DNA of 64,000 nucleotides from Thainema sp. (GCA_052168235.1 JBQLZK010000001.1:256001-320000), one strand, 5' to 3'; counted from the first letter of the stretch, positions 40,537 to 51,583 are shown. Numbers and translations: made by a program. Notes: generated by a model from the letters alone, not told the origin.

Positions 40537-43089
40537 ATGGTAGCCACAGCGTCTCGGGTTGCGATCTCACCTGAGGAAACTCAAAAATTATTGGACTGGG
40601 CGCAATCCGTCCACCAGTCTGAACAACCCCTATTTAAGAAAGCGCAAATTTTAGCTCGGCGGCTCGGTGCCCACTATCGAGACGATGGCCTAACCGAGAT
40701 CGGCTTTTGGACTCCAGAACTGGGAGCCGACATGGTTCAACCTAAAAATATTTACTTAGAAGTTTTAACCCCTAAAAAAAAGATAGATCCCACCCAACCG
40801 ACTCAAAAAATCGTTTTTCGACGCGACTATGTGCAGCTAGAGAAGCAGGGTGAATACTTTTGGGGTGTCATCTCTGGGATGCAGGCCGGAACTAAAGATC
40901 AGTTCGGCTCTTTTTATTGGCTGCATTACCTAGACATGAATACCAATGAAGTGAAAATCATTGGTGACTGCTTGGCCTATTCATTGCCTTACGGCGTGTA
41001 TGCGCCAGCCGAGGTTTACGACCTGAATCAGCTGCAGGCCAATCGAGCTGATTTGGACTATTTGGCTCAGGGTCAGGATGAACTAGCAGCGGCAGAGGAC
41101 GGGCAAGATCCGCCGTTTGTGCAGGTTGAACCGCCTAAGAATATCCTGCAGCTCCATGTCAACACCTCGTCCCCAGACGGTACGCTGGCGGGACTGACGA
41201 AGCTTTATCAAGACATTGGCCAGAAAATTACGCAGCAGCAGACCCTGACTCCGGCGGAGCAGAACTTCATTGGCTACGATGCGGTGCAGTTAATGCCGAT
41301 TGAGCCGACGGTGGAATATCGTGGCGGACACGAACTGGGGCATGGATTCTTCATCTTCAGCGAGGACGATCTGGATGAAATGGATCCCGAAACCGAGGGC
41401 ATTGAACATGAACCGGGCGATATCAAGGTCACGCTGAAAAAGCCAGATACCCAAAACTGGGGCTATGACATCGTCATTTTCGGCTGCTCAGCCACCGATC
41501 CCTCGGTGCTGAAGACGCTGCGGCTCGAAGAGCTGGTTGAGTTTATCGCCACGCTGCATAATTTTCCGACTGGCCCGATTAAGGTGATCTACGACATTGT
41601 CTATGGTCACGCCGATAATCAGGCGATTGATTTGCTCAATGGGCGCTTTTTAAAGGGGCCCAATATGTACGGTCAGGACGTAAACCATCAGAATCCTACC
41701 GTGCGGGCTATCCTGTTGGAAATGCAGCGCCGCAAGAACGAGACGGGTGTTGACGGTATCCGCATCGACGGGGCACAGGACTTCAAGTTTTTCAATCCAC
41801 TGTCGGGTGAGGTGGAATTTGACGATCAGTATCTGAGCGATATGGCCGAGGTGATCCAAGAGATCAACGGCAATCGCCGTCGCCTATTCACGATTTATGA
41901 AGATGGTCGGCCTTGGCCCAAGGAGGGCTGGGAAGAGATTTCTACCTATCGCGACATTGTTGAGTACAAGCCCGATGCGTTTCAGTGGGGGCCGCTGATT
42001 TTTGCCCACAATACGCCGAGTCTGAAAAAGTTCTGGGATCGTAAATGGCGGCGGGTTGGCGAAGTGATGCAGGTGGGAGCCAACTGGATCACGGGCTGCG
42101 GCAACCACGATACGCTGCGGCGCGGTACCCAGGTTGATACCAGTCTCGACATCAACTGGAATCTAGGCGATTCGTTCGTCGATGTGCTGAATACCGCCTA
42201 CGATCATCCAGCGATTTTGCTGATGACCTATGGCTTTGCGCCGGGTGTGCCGATGGATTTTATCAACTGCACCATGCGGGCACCCTGGTCATTCCTGCGC
42301 AATACCGACGATCGCCATGGCGTCAAAGTCGTTGCAGAAGAAGCGGGTGGCTTCCTGGATTGGCAAATTATTCCTGATACCTACAGCCTGCCAGAGGTCT
42401 TTCCACGGGTGAAAGCAATGGGTTTTGGCAAACTGAACGAGCTGCGGCAGTTTGTCCGTGGCCTTTACGATGCCATTGAGGAAACCAATTACGACCTGGA
42501 TGAAGTGGCCCATATCTGTCAGCGCCATTTGGGAGCCGACGGACATAAAGAAGAAGTTAAAGCAGAAGCCAAGCAGCGCAAATCGGCGGCAGAGCTGCAA
42601 AAGCTGAATTTACCGGACAAGTCAAAAGTGCTGGCTGAACTTGATGTTCAAACACTCAAGGATTTTGCCAAAGCGTTCATGGAGGACGCCCACGACATCA
42701 GCAACGTTTGGCTACAGGCCGATGTGATTGATGCGGAACAGGTGGCTTTCAATTTAGCGCTGCGACGGTTCCGGCTAGCCAATCCCTGGCTGCGAGAGAA
42801 CTTGTCTAACCTCGACCGCTTCAACCGGATTCACGATGATGACTACACTCTGTTCTACGGTTTACGGTCGGCTCCCAAATCTGAAGATTCAGACCAAACC
42901 CCTTATCAAGTTGCCATGCTGTGCCACATGGGCGGCGACCCGCTAACGGTAACGCCCGGAGACTGGCTGCAAATTGACCTGGACGAATGGCAAGTTGCGA
43001 TCGCATCTCCCGGTCTTACAATCGATAACCTGAAGTCGTTTGAAATGAAGGATAGTCAGGCGGTTTTGTTGGAACGGATTGGAGAGTGA
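40537..43089 (+). CDS. gghA: Glucosylglycerol hydrolase (GH13-like)
   Basis: RLGAHY..GLTEIGFWTPE, NWGYDI, YDIVYGHADNQ, GIRIDGAQDF, WGPLIFAHN; resembles Slr1670/GghA as recalled. Confidence 0.85.
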   Translation: MVATASRVAISPEETQKLLDWAQSVHQSEQPLFKKAQILARRLGAHYRDDGLTEIGFWTPELGADMVQPKNIYLEVLTPKKKIDPTQPTQKIVFRRDYVQLEKQGEYFWGVISGMQAGTKDQFGSFYWLHYLDMNTNEVKIIGDCLAYSLPYGVYAPAEVYDLNQLQANRADLDYLAQGQDELAAAEDGQDPPFVQVEPPKNILQLHVNTSSPDGTLAGLTKLYQDIGQKITQQQTLTPAEQNFIGYDAVQLMPIEPTVEYRGGHELGHGFFIFSEDDLDEMDPETEGIEHEPGDIKVTLKKPDTQNWGYDIVIFGCSATDPSVLKTLRLEELVEFIATLHNFPTGPIKVIYDIVYGHADNQAIDLLNGRFLKGPNMYGQDVNHQNPTVRAILLEMQRRKNETGVDGIRIDGAQDFKFFNPLSGEVEFDDQYLSDMAEVIQEINGNRRRLFTIYEDGRPWPKEGWEEISTYRDIVEYKPDAFQWGPLIFAHNTPSLKKFWDRKWRRVGEVMQVGANWITGCGNHDTLRRGTQVDTSLDINWNLGDSFVDVLNTAYDHPAILLMTYGFAPGVPMDFINCTMRAPWSFLRNTDDRHGVKVVAEEAGGFLDWQIIPDTYSLPEVFPRVKAMGFGKLNELRQFVRGLYDAIEETNYDLDEVAHICQRHLGADGHKEEVKAEAKQRKSAAELQKLNLPDKSKVLAELDVQTLKDFAKAFMEDAHDISNVWLQADVIDAEQVAFNLALRRFRLANPWLRENLSNLDRFNRIHDDDYTLFYGLRSAPKSEDSDQTPYQVAMLCHMGGDPLTVTPGDWLQIDLDEWQVAIASPGLTIDNLKSFEMKDSQAVLLERIGE

Positions 43090-43167
43090 GGGATTGGCAG
43101 GTGAGGAGTAAGGCGAGAGGCGAGAGGCGATAGAATGAAATCCGTTTCTATTGCTGCCAGAATCACT

Positions 43168-45519
43168 ATGACTGCTCTCTCGTCTGCTCCATTTTCCGCT
43201 GAAGAAATTGCGTCGGAAGGTATCAAGCCAGAAGAATACGAAGAAATTGTGCGGCGCTTAGGTCGCCATCCCAATAAAGCAGAGCTGGGCATGTTCGGTG
43301 TGATGTGGTCAGAACACTGCTGCTATAAGAATTCGCGTCCGCTGCTGTCCCAGTTTCCAACAAAGGGCGATCGCATTTTGGTTGGCCCCGGTGAGAACGC
43401 TGGGGTGGTGGATTTGGGCGACGGTTTGCGGCTGGCCTTTAAGGTGGAGTCACACAATCACCCGTCAGCAGTTGAGCCATTTCAAGGCGCAGCAACAGGC
43501 GTGGGCGGCATCCTGCGCGACATTTTCACGATGGGCGCACGTCCGATTGCGGCGTTGAACTCTCTTCGATTTGGTTCACTAGAAAATCCTCGCACTCGTC
43601 AGCTGTTTAGCGGCGTGGTGGCGGGGATTGCTCATTATGGCAACTGTGTGGGTGTGCCAACTGTGGGCGGCGAGGTATATTTTGATCCGGCCTATTCGGG
43701 TAATCCCCTAGTCAACGCGATGGCGCTGGGGTTGATGGAAACGCCTGAAATCATTAAATCGGGCGCAGTCGGTATCGGCAATCCGGTGCTCTACGTGGGT
43801 TCAACCACCGGACGAGACGGCATGGGTGGTGCCAGCTTTGCCAGCGCAGAATTGAGTGATGAGTCGGAAGCCGATCGGCCTGCGGTGCAGGTGGGCGATC
43901 CATTTCTGGAAAAATCGCTGATTGAAGCCTGTTTAGAAGCTTTTAAGACGGGAGCCGTGGCCGCCGCACAGGATATGGGCGCAGCGGGACTCACTTGCTC
44001 AACCGCAGAAATGGCGGCCAAGGGCGGCGTTGGCATTGAGCTGGATTTGGATAAGATTCCGGTGCGGGAAACGGGCATGGTGCCCTACGAGTATCTGCTG
44101 TCGGAGTCGCAGGAGCGGATGCTGTTCGTGGCTCATAGCGGTCGTGAGCAAGAGCTAATCGATATTTTTCACCGCTGGGGGCTTCATGCTGTCGTGGCGG
44201 GCCGGGTGATTGAGGAGCCGATTGTTCGCATCCTATTCCAAGGCCATATTGCGGCGGATATCCCAGCTACAGCACTGTCGGACGATACGCCAATTTACCA
44301 TCGTGAGCTAATGGCCGAACCGCCGGAATATGCTCAAACGGCTTGGCAGTGGACGGTTGAACAGCTTTCTGAATGCACTAGTCAAGGCATTAATCAGAAA
44401 AGCTGGACAGAGATTCTGTCGGATCTGCTGGCGACACCGACAATCGCGTCGAAGAACTGGGTCTATCGCCAGTATGACCATCAGGTGCAGAACAACACGG
44501 TGAAATGGCCAGGAGATGCTGACGCGGCAGTGATTCGCCTGCGTCCTCAGCTAACCGAAGGTGGCGCATTTAATAAAGGCGTGGCGGCGACAGTGGACTG
44601 CAATGCTCGCTATGTGTACTTGCATCCCTACGAAGGGGCAAAAGCGGCAGTAGCCGAGGCGGCACGTAACCTGAGCTGCGTCGGGGCTGAACCGCTAGCC
44701 GTAACGGATAACCTCAACTTTGGCAGTCCTGAAAAGCCGATTGGCTACTGGCAACTGGCTGAAGCTTGCCGTGGTCTGTCGGAAGCCTGCTCCCAGTTTT
44801 CCACCCCCGTCACAGGCGGCAACGTGTCGCTTTACAACGAAACTTTAGATTCAGAGGGTAAACCGCAGCCGATTTATCCAACGCCCGTAGTTGGCATGGT
44901 TGGTTTGATTTCCGATTTGCAGAAAATTTGTGGTCAAGGTTGGCAGCAAACGGGCGATCGCATTTATCTGCTCGGTCTACCCGTTGACCAATCCCAGCAG
45001 CCCCACGTCACACTGGGCGGTTCGGAATATCTGGCAGCGATTCACGATACGATTGCCGGACAGCCGCCAGTTGTAGACTTTGACCTTGAACTGCGCGTTC
45101 AAGCCGCCTGTCGCGCAGGGATTCAGCGGGGCTGGGTTCGGTCAGCCCATGACTGCGCTGAAGGTGGTTTAGCCGTAGCGCTAGCTGAGTCCTGCATCAG
45201 CGGCCAAAAAGGAGCCGAGATCCAACTTGCGATCGCAGATAGCCAGCTCTCATCTGCTAACCTGCGCTGGGATCACATTCTTTTTGGCGAGGGTGGCGCT
45301 CGAATTATTGTCTCGGTGACATCAGATTCCGCAGCGGAGTGGGAATCCTATCTAGATAATCAGCTTGCTGGTTATTGGCAAATACTTGGCCTGGTGGGAA
45401 CAGCCGATGACGAATTACGGATTTTTTCCCAAGACACGGTTGCCCTCATCAACGCTAGGATCGAGGCGATGGCCGATCATTGGCAAAATGCGATCGCGCG
45501 TTACTTCGTGGATGCGTGA
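43168..45519 (+). CDS. purL: Phosphoribosylformylglycinamidine synthase subunit
   Basis: [37 protein letters not shown]. Confidence 0.98.
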   Translation: MTALSSAPFSAEEIASEGIKPEEYEEIVRRLGRHPNKAELGMFGVMWSEHCCYKNSRPLLSQFPTKGDRILVGPGENAGVVDLGDGLRLAFKVESHNHPSAVEPFQGAATGVGGILRDIFTMGARPIAALNSLRFGSLENPRTRQLFSGVVAGIAHYGNCVGVPTVGGEVYFDPAYSGNPLVNAMALGLMETPEIIKSGAVGIGNPVLYVGSTTGRDGMGGASFASAELSDESEADRPAVQVGDPFLEKSLIEACLEAFKTGAVAAAQDMGAAGLTCSTAEMAAKGGVGIELDLDKIPVRETGMVPYEYLLSESQERMLFVAHSGREQELIDIFHRWGLHAVVAGRVIEEPIVRILFQGHIAADIPATALSDDTPIYHRELMAEPPEYAQTAWQWTVEQLSECTSQGINQKSWTEILSDLLATPTIASKNWVYRQYDHQVQNNTVKWPGDADAAVIRLRPQLTEGGAFNKGVAATVDCNARYVYLHPYEGAKAAVAEAARNLSCVGAEPLAVTDNLNFGSPEKPIGYWQLAEACRGLSEACSQFSTPVTGGNVSLYNETLDSEGKPQPIYPTPVVGMVGLISDLQKICGQGWQQTGDRIYLLGLPVDQSQQPHVTLGGSEYLAAIHDTIAGQPPVVDFDLELRVQAACRAGIQRGWVRSAHDCAEGGLAVALAESCISGQKGAEIQLAIADSQLSSANLRWDHILFGEGGARIIVSVTSDSAAEWESYLDNQLAGYWQILGLVGTADDELRIFSQDTVALINARIEAMADHWQNAIARYFVDA

Positions 45520-45602
45520 ATCAGCGAATCGTCAGCGCCAGATTAAAAATGAAGATACAATTGTTAAGAAATAATTAACTCTTCCCTGTTGTCACCATAC
45601 GT

Positions 45603-47138
45603 ATGGAGCTTGCTCTTAGCATGATGCCCTATTCTGAATCTGCTTCTTTGACCCAGACGGCTGCATCAGCAGGTTCGGTCAGTTCACAACTGGAACGACC
45701 CGACAAACCCGAAGAAGCCTGTGGAGTATTTGGGGTGTATGCTCCAGAAGAGGAAGTCGCGAAACTGGCGTACTTCGGCCTCTATGCGCTCCAACATCGA
45801 GGACAAGAATCAGCGGGAATCACGACCTTTGACACCGATGGGCAAGTGCATACCCATAAAGACATGGGGCTGGTTTCCCAGGTGTTCAACGAACATACGC
45901 TAGAGGAACTACCCGGTTATCTAGCGGTCGGTCATAATCGCTACTCAACAACAGGTTCAAGTCGCAAGTGCAATGCTCAACCTGCCGTGGTGGAAACCCG
46001 TCTGGGACATTTAGCGCTGGCTCACAATGGCAACTTGGTGAACGCCGCCAAACTGCGCGAAGAGTTGTCTCTTAGTGGCTTTGACATTAATACTAGTACC
46101 GATTCTGAAATGATTGCCCTGGCGATGGCTGAGGCCGTCAATCAAGGACAGGATTGGCTGGAAGCCGCGCAAACCGCATTTCGCCGGAGTGAAGGAGCCT
46201 TTAGCTTAGTCATCGGTACGCCTGTGGGGCTAATCGCCACCCGCGACCCCCACGGCATTCGACCCTTGGTACTGGGCAAGCTTCATTTGGAAGACGACGA
46301 TTCAACGATTCGCTATGCCCTAGCTTCTGAAACCTGTGGCCTCGATATCATTGGCGCAGATTTCGTCCGCGAAGTGCAGCCGGGAGAACTGGTTTGGATC
46401 ACGAAAGAGGGCGTGACCTCGATTCAGTGGGCACAGGCAGAGCGCAAGCTGTGCGTCTTTGAAATGATTTACTTTGCCCGCCCTGACAGCGTTGTCAATC
46501 AGGAAAGCTTGTACAGCTATCGTCTTCGTCTTGGACAGCAACTGGCGAAAGAAGCTCCTGCCGATGTGGATTTAATTATCGCGGTGCCCGATTCTGGTGT
46601 GCCAGCGGCAATTGGATTCTCCCAAGGTTCCGGTATTCCTTACGCAGAGGGACTGATCAAGAATCGCTATGTCGGTCGCACCTTTATTCAACCGACTCAG
46701 GTGATGCGGGAATCGGGCATTCGCATGAAGCTGAATCCGCTGCGGGACGTGCTAGAAGGCAAGCGGGTACTGATTGTAGACGACTCCATTGTGCGGGGCA
46801 CAACCAGCCGCAAGATTGTCAAAGCGCTGCGGGATGCCGGGGCAACAGAAGTCCATATGCGGATTTCATCGCCACCCGTCACGCATCCCTGCTTCTACGG
46901 CATCGATACCGACAGTCAGGAGCAACTGATTGCGGCTACCAAGTCGGTGGAAGAAATCGAGCGTCAAATTGAAGTAGATTCCCTTGCTTACCTAAGCTGG
47001 GACGGCATGTTAGAGGCCACGCGCCAGGAGAAGAGCAGCTTCTGCTCAGCCTGCTTCACGGGTGACTATCCAATTGCCATTTCTGAGGTAATGAAGCGCT
47101 CGAAGCTCATGCTCGAAGAAAAGCCTGTAACGGTTTAA
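45603..47138 (+). CDS. purF: Amidophosphoribosyltransferase
   Basis: EEACGVFG, LQHRGQE, VDDSIVRGTT; exact start uncertain. Confidence 0.98.
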   Translation: MELALSMMPYSESASLTQTAASAGSVSSQLERPDKPEEACGVFGVYAPEEEVAKLAYFGLYALQHRGQESAGITTFDTDGQVHTHKDMGLVSQVFNEHTLEELPGYLAVGHNRYSTTGSSRKCNAQPAVVETRLGHLALAHNGNLVNAAKLREELSLSGFDINTSTDSEMIALAMAEAVNQGQDWLEAAQTAFRRSEGAFSLVIGTPVGLIATRDPHGIRPLVLGKLHLEDDDSTIRYALASETCGLDIIGADFVREVQPGELVWITKEGVTSIQWAQAERKLCVFEMIYFARPDSVVNQESLYSYRLRLGQQLAKEAPADVDLIIAVPDSGVPAAIGFSQGSGIPYAEGLIKNRYVGRTFIQPTQVMRESGIRMKLNPLRDVLEGKRVLIVDDSIVRGTTSRKIVKALRDAGATEVHMRISSPPVTHPCFYGIDTDSQEQLIAATKSVEEIERQIEVDSLAYLSWDGMLEATRQEKSSFCSACFTGDYPIAISEVMKRSKLMLEEKPVTV

Positions 47139-47158
47139 GATATTCCAACAAAATTTTG

Positions 47159-47188
47159 AAGAGGAGAGTGCGATCGCACTCTCCTCTT
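47159..47188. terminator. 30-bp perfect palindrome centred on HIP1, between convergent genes
   Basis: AAGAGGAGAGT-GCGATCGC-ACTCTCCTCTT followed by a T-run. Confidence 0.75.
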
Positions 47189-47206
47189 TTTTCATGAGGC
47201 AAATAT

Positions 47207-47401
47207 TTAAGCAGGTTTACACTGTCCGGCCCGAATTAAACCAACGCGACGTGCGATCGCATCTCCTTGCGACTCAAACGGCCCCCAGGTTTTACCACGA
47301 CGGCTCTCTTCAGGCGGCAACTGCACGGCAGGACAAATCTCACACTGTCCTGCTTCGGTTTGGACGATGTACCACTGATCAGAAGAATCGGCTGAAGTCA
47401 T
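47207..47401 (-). CDS. Small conserved cyanobacterial protein
   Basis: WYIV..GQCEI...WGPFESQGDAIARRVGLIRAGQCKP; start placed at ATG 47401. Confidence 0.75.
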   Translation of the reverse strand: MTSADSSDQWYIVQTEAGQCEICPAVQLPPEESRRGKTWGPFESQGDAIARRVGLIRAGQCKPA

Positions 47402-47603
47402 AATGTCGATGCCAAATAGGGTGCAGTAACGATTTGGGAGCGCGGCAAGTGCTGCTTGCACCCTCCCAAATCGTCGCTTTGCAGGACTAACGATGGTTAT
47501 CGCTATCATACGGCGTTAGCCAAATTGCGATTTGATGGTTAACCGTGCTGATCTTCTAAAATTGGGACAAGATCGATCTATCTCTTACCATCAGAAAATC
47601 TCA

Positions 47604-48167
47604 ATGGTACAGTCTCCATCTAAACCCATCACGCTAGAGGAATTTCTGAAGCTGCCAGAAACTAAACCCGCCAGCGAATATATTGATGGGCAAGTTATCC
47701 AGAAACCCATGCCACAGGGAAAGCATAGTACAATCCAAACTGAATTTTCAACTACCGTCAATGCCGTGCTTAAGCCTCAACAAATTGCACGAGCATTTTC
47801 AGAGTTGCGGTGTACCTTTGGTGGTCGCTCAACGGTTCCAGATGTGTCGGTATTTACGTGGCAAAGAATTCCGCGTGATGAAAACGGTGAAATTGCCAAC
47901 ATCTTCCCGATTGCTCCTGATTGGACAATCGAAATTTTGTCACCGGATCAAAGCCAGACTAAAGTAACTAAAAATATTCTGCATTGCCTCAATCATGGAA
48001 CTCAAATGGGTTGGTTAATTGACCCGGATGAGCAAACCGTTTTTGTGTATCGTCCCAAACAGCAACCCGAAGTTTTTGATCAGCCAGAACAGAGGCTTTC
48101 TGTACCTTCTTTCGCTAGTGAATTAAATCTGAGTATAGGTGTAATATTCGGCTGGTTATTAGAGTGA
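47604..48167 (+). CDS. Uma2 family (DUF820) putative endonuclease
   Basis: LPETKPASEYIDG, VPDVS, PDWTIEILSP, GWLIDP. Confidence 0.93.
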   Translation: MVQSPSKPITLEEFLKLPETKPASEYIDGQVIQKPMPQGKHSTIQTEFSTTVNAVLKPQQIARAFSELRCTFGGRSTVPDVSVFTWQRIPRDENGEIANIFPIAPDWTIEILSPDQSQTKVTKNILHCLNHGTQMGWLIDPDEQTVFVYRPKQQPEVFDQPEQRLSVPSFASELNLSIGVIFGWLLE

Positions 48168-48216
48168 AGTGCCGAGCTCGACTATGCGTATTTCGTTCTT
48201 CTAAAGAGAATCAAAT

Positions 48217-48693
48217 ATGAAATTTGAAATTGTAGAGATCAGCGTATTGAAGGTTTGCAAATTCCCAATTCGAAAACTTATTGGTGTTGCCGATCACTAT
48301 TATCTTTCTGAAAATTAGGATTTTTATACCTCTTTAGGTTGGGGGCCAAGCGGACTTGAAGTAAAGGGATTAGTCAAAGTCACAGCGCAAGAACTGGAAC
48401 GGGTAGAACAATTTATGCAAGCTGTAAAATATAGTATTACTGTTAATAACTGTGAGCACTTTGCTAACTACATTCTCTACGGCATTAACCTTTCGTCTCA
48501 GCAGCATACCTGGTGGAAAAGCTTGGGTGCGGAAGTTATTAGTCTCTTACAACCCGTACAAGGAGTAAGAGATAACTACAGCAGTTTTATTGGTCAGCAA
48601 GCTGCGGAAATATTAAATGAAAATTTGAGACAAGCAAAAATTGAGCAAGCTAATCGGGAACGAACTGAGTTTTGGAAGTCTAGAGAAGACTAA
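48217..48693 (+). pseudogene. LRAT-like (permuted NlpC/P60) gene interrupted by an in-frame TAG
   Basis: Continuous frame from ATG 48217 with ADHY and NNCEHFA motifs; TAG at 48316-48318. Confidence 0.7.
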
Positions 48694-48726
48694 TCAAACG
48701 GGGGAGGGAGAACTGATATTCTCATC

Positions 48727-49020
48727 ATGCGTATCATATCTCGCAGCACCTTACGCGACTTTTGGAAATCTCATCCAGATGCTGAGGGAGCTTTGAAAAC
48801 CTGGTATTACGATGCGTCACATGCTGACTGGAAGAGCCCAACAGATGTCAAAGCTGTTTATGGTAGTGCTAGCATTATTGCGAATAACCGTGTTGTTTTT
48901 AATATTAAAGGAAATACCTATCGGCTAATTGTGGCGATCCGCTATGACATTGGCATAATCTTTATTCGATTTATTGGTACTCATGCTGAGTATGACAAGG
49001 TGGATGCAGAAACTATTTGA
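48727..49020 (+). CDS. higB: HigB family toxin
   Basis: MRIISR..RVVFNIKGNTYRLIV..FIGTHAEYD. Confidence 0.95.
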   Translation: MRIISRSTLRDFWKSHPDAEGALKTWYYDASHADWKSPTDVKAVYGSASIIANNRVVFNIKGNTYRLIVAIRYDIGIIFIRFIGTHAEYDKVDAETI

Positions 49021-49034
49021 GCTGAGGTTGAGAT

Positions 49035-49412
49035 ATGGAGATACATCCAATTAGAACCCAAACTGACTATCAAGAAGCTCTTCGAGAAATTGAATTACTA
49101 TTTGATGCAGTTCCAAACACATCTGAACACGATCGATTAGATGTATTGAGTACTTTAGTGGAAGCTTATGAGACAAAACACTTCCCAATTGATTTACCTG
49201 ATCCAATTGAAGCGATTCATCATTACATGGATGTCCGAGGATGGTCTGATCGGGATTTGGAATCCTGCCTTGGAGGAAAAGTAGCGGTATCAGAGATACT
49301 ATCTCGTAAACAGCCTTTGACACTGGAAATAATTCGAAAGTTAAATCAGGAGTTAAAGATTCCGGCTGAGATCCTTATTCGGCCTTATGGATTAACACAG
49401 ATTTCTGCCTGA
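49035..49412 (+). CDS. higA: HigA family antitoxin
   Basis: PIRTQTDY, LVEAYE, PDPIEAI, C-terminal HTH. Confidence 0.93.
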   Translation: MEIHPIRTQTDYQEALREIELLFDAVPNTSEHDRLDVLSTLVEAYETKHFPIDLPDPIEAIHHYMDVRGWSDRDLESCLGGKVAVSEILSRKQPLTLEIIRKLNQELKIPAEILIRPYGLTQISA

Positions 49413-49476
49413 AAACGCCTATGCTGTTAGTCTTTGAGAACCCATATGATGAGTACTCCAAAACAGTTAAATTCCT

Positions 49477-50532
49477 ATGAGAATTGCGATCGCACCTTTC
49501 ACGGTTCATAAACTTGTCCCGTTAACGATTAGCCGAGGCACCAGTGCCGGATCGACAAACCTGTGGGTACGGGTGATTCAGGATGAGATTGAAGGCTGGG
49601 GGGAAGCGTCACCGTTTTCGGTGGGGGACTATCGCCGCGATCCGGAGGAATTGCAGCAGGAATTAGAGGGAATTGCGCCGCTGCTAGAACCATTTAGTCC
49701 GTTTGACTATCAGCAGATTGAGCGAGTGTTGCTGAATGAGCCGATTTCGTCGGCGACGCGGGCTGGCATTGATTTGGCGATTCAGGATTGGCTGGGCAAG
49801 CGAGTGGAGCTGCCGCTTTGGAAACTTTGGGGTTTTGATCGAGCCGCGATTACGCCCACGTCGGTCACGATTGGCATTAGCACGCCGGAAAAAGCGCAGG
49901 AGCGGTTAAAGCGTTGGCAGGAAGTTATCGATGTTCGATCTGTAAAGGTCAAACTCGGTAATCCAGAGGGGATTGAGGCCGATCAGGCGATGCTGTTGGA
50001 GCTGCTGCCGCTGGTGCCTGCTGGGGCAAAGGTGAGCGTTGATGCCAATGGTGGCTGGAGTCTCAAATCTGCGATCGCAATGAGTCACTGGTTAGCGGAA
50101 CAGGGTGTGACTTACATTGAGCAGCCATTGGATCGCGGTCAGGAAGTCGACTTGCCGAAGCTGTATGAAAAGTCGCCGCTGCCGCTGTTTGTCGATGAAA
50201 GCTGTTTCACGAGTCATGACATTCCGCTACTGCGCGATCGCGTACATGGCATTAACATCAAACTAATGAAATCCGGTGGGTTGACCGAAGCGCGACGGAT
50301 GATTGCGACGGCTCGTGCCTGTGGTTTGCAGGTGATGTTTGGCTGTTATGGTGACAGTGCGATCGCAAATACGGCCTTGGCGCATCTCTCACCGCTGGCG
50401 GATCATTTAGATTTAGATAGTCATCTGAATCTGAAAGACGATCCGTTTCAGGGAGCCGAGGTGACAAACGGCTGCCTGATTCCCACCGACCGACCTGGAC
50501 TAGGAGTGATCCAACATGCGTCTCAATCCTGA
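49477..50532 (+). CDS. Dipeptide (L-Ala-D/L-Glu) epimerase, enolase superfamily
   Basis: GWGEA, KVKLG, VDANGGW, IEQP, DES, NIKLMK, DLD. Confidence 0.92.
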   Translation: MRIAIAPFTVHKLVPLTISRGTSAGSTNLWVRVIQDEIEGWGEASPFSVGDYRRDPEELQQELEGIAPLLEPFSPFDYQQIERVLLNEPISSATRAGIDLAIQDWLGKRVELPLWKLWGFDRAAITPTSVTIGISTPEKAQERLKRWQEVIDVRSVKVKLGNPEGIEADQAMLLELLPLVPAGAKVSVDANGGWSLKSAIAMSHWLAEQGVTYIEQPLDRGQEVDLPKLYEKSPLPLFVDESCFTSHDIPLLRDRVHGINIKLMKSGGLTEARRMIATARACGLQVMFGCYGDSAIANTALAHLSPLADHLDLDSHLNLKDDPFQGAEVTNGCLIPTDRPGLGVIQHASQS

Positions 50533-51562
50533 GCAACACCGCATCGCAATTTTGATGCACCAAGGCTTGACCAGCGGCAAAGGCAAGACGGGCCATTCGG
50601 TCTTGCGCTACAGCGAAATTCCGGTGGTGGCCGTGGTTGATCAGGAGCATCCGGGCGGTTCAGTGCCAGAATTAACCGGAATCAAAGCCGATGTGCCGAT
50701 TGTTGGCTCTGTGAAAGAAGCGATGGTTCATAACCCGAATGTGCTGCTGATTGGCATTGCGCCGTCGGGGGGAGCGCTGCCGGATGAATGGTTTGCGGAA
50801 GTGCGGCAGGCGGTTGAACTCGGTTTATCAATCGTCAATGGTCTGCATACGCCGATGGCTGAACATCCCGACCTGGCTCCGCTGGTGAAAGACAAATGGA
50901 TTTGGGACGTGCGGAAAGAGCCGGGTGGCCTGCGGGTCGGTTCCGGTATGGCCAGTAAGCTGCCCTGTTCGCGAGTGCTGACGGTGGGCACCGACATGAG
51001 CATCGGCAAGATGTCCACGGGCATTGAGCTGCACCGAGCCGCTGTGCAACGGGGCATTTCGTCCTACATGATTGCGACGGGACAAACGGGGCTGATGCTG
51101 GGCTACGACGGCATTCCGCTGGATTCGATTCGGGTAGACTTTGCCGCTGGTGCGGTCGAGCAGCTGATGATGCGCTACGGCTATGATTACGAACTTTTGT
51201 TTGTCGAAGGCCAAGGTTCGTTTATGAATCCGGCTTCCACGGCCACACTGCCGCTGATGCGCGGTTCCCAGCCGACTCACCTGATTCTGGTTCACAAAGC
51301 TGGACAAACTCACATCGAGAATTTCCCTGAATTTGCCATTCCGCCGCTCAAGAAGGCGATTGAAGTTTACGAAACCGTCGCCACCGCTGGCGGCACGTTC
51401 CAGCCGCCGGAAGTGGAAGCGATCGCACTTAATACCCATCACCTGTCCGAAGGAGATGCGATCGCAGCTATTCAACAGGTGCAAATTGAAACAGGCTTGC
51501 CCTGCACCGACGTGATTCGCTTTGGCGCAGAGCCGATTCTAGACGCGATTTTGCGGGATTAG
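50516..51562 (+). CDS. DUF1611 family protein
   Basis: GIAPSGG, NGLH, GTDMSIGKM, TGQTG, VEGQGS; usual partner of the epimerase. Confidence 0.92.
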   Translation: MRLNPEQHRIAILMHQGLTSGKGKTGHSVLRYSEIPVVAVVDQEHPGGSVPELTGIKADVPIVGSVKEAMVHNPNVLLIGIAPSGGALPDEWFAEVRQAVELGLSIVNGLHTPMAEHPDLAPLVKDKWIWDVRKEPGGLRVGSGMASKLPCSRVLTVGTDMSIGKMSTGIELHRAAVQRGISSYMIATGQTGLMLGYDGIPLDSIRVDFAAGAVEQLMMRYGYDYELLFVEGQGSFMNPASTATLPLMRGSQPTHLILVHKAGQTHIENFPEFAIPPLKKAIEVYETVATAGGTFQPPEVEAIALNTHHLSEGDAIAAIQQVQIETGLPCTDVIRFGAEPILDAILRD

Positions 51563-51583
51563 TCGGGCTTAGCTCTAGCCGGA

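Noticed and set aside
4430..47138. Purine gene cluster (purC, guaA, purL, purF)
   Set aside because: The genes are tens of kb apart in their usual separate contexts; only purL-purF are adjacent
47207..47401. Transposase remnant
   Set aside because: No DDE motif or terminal repeats; looks like a small conserved cyanobacterial protein
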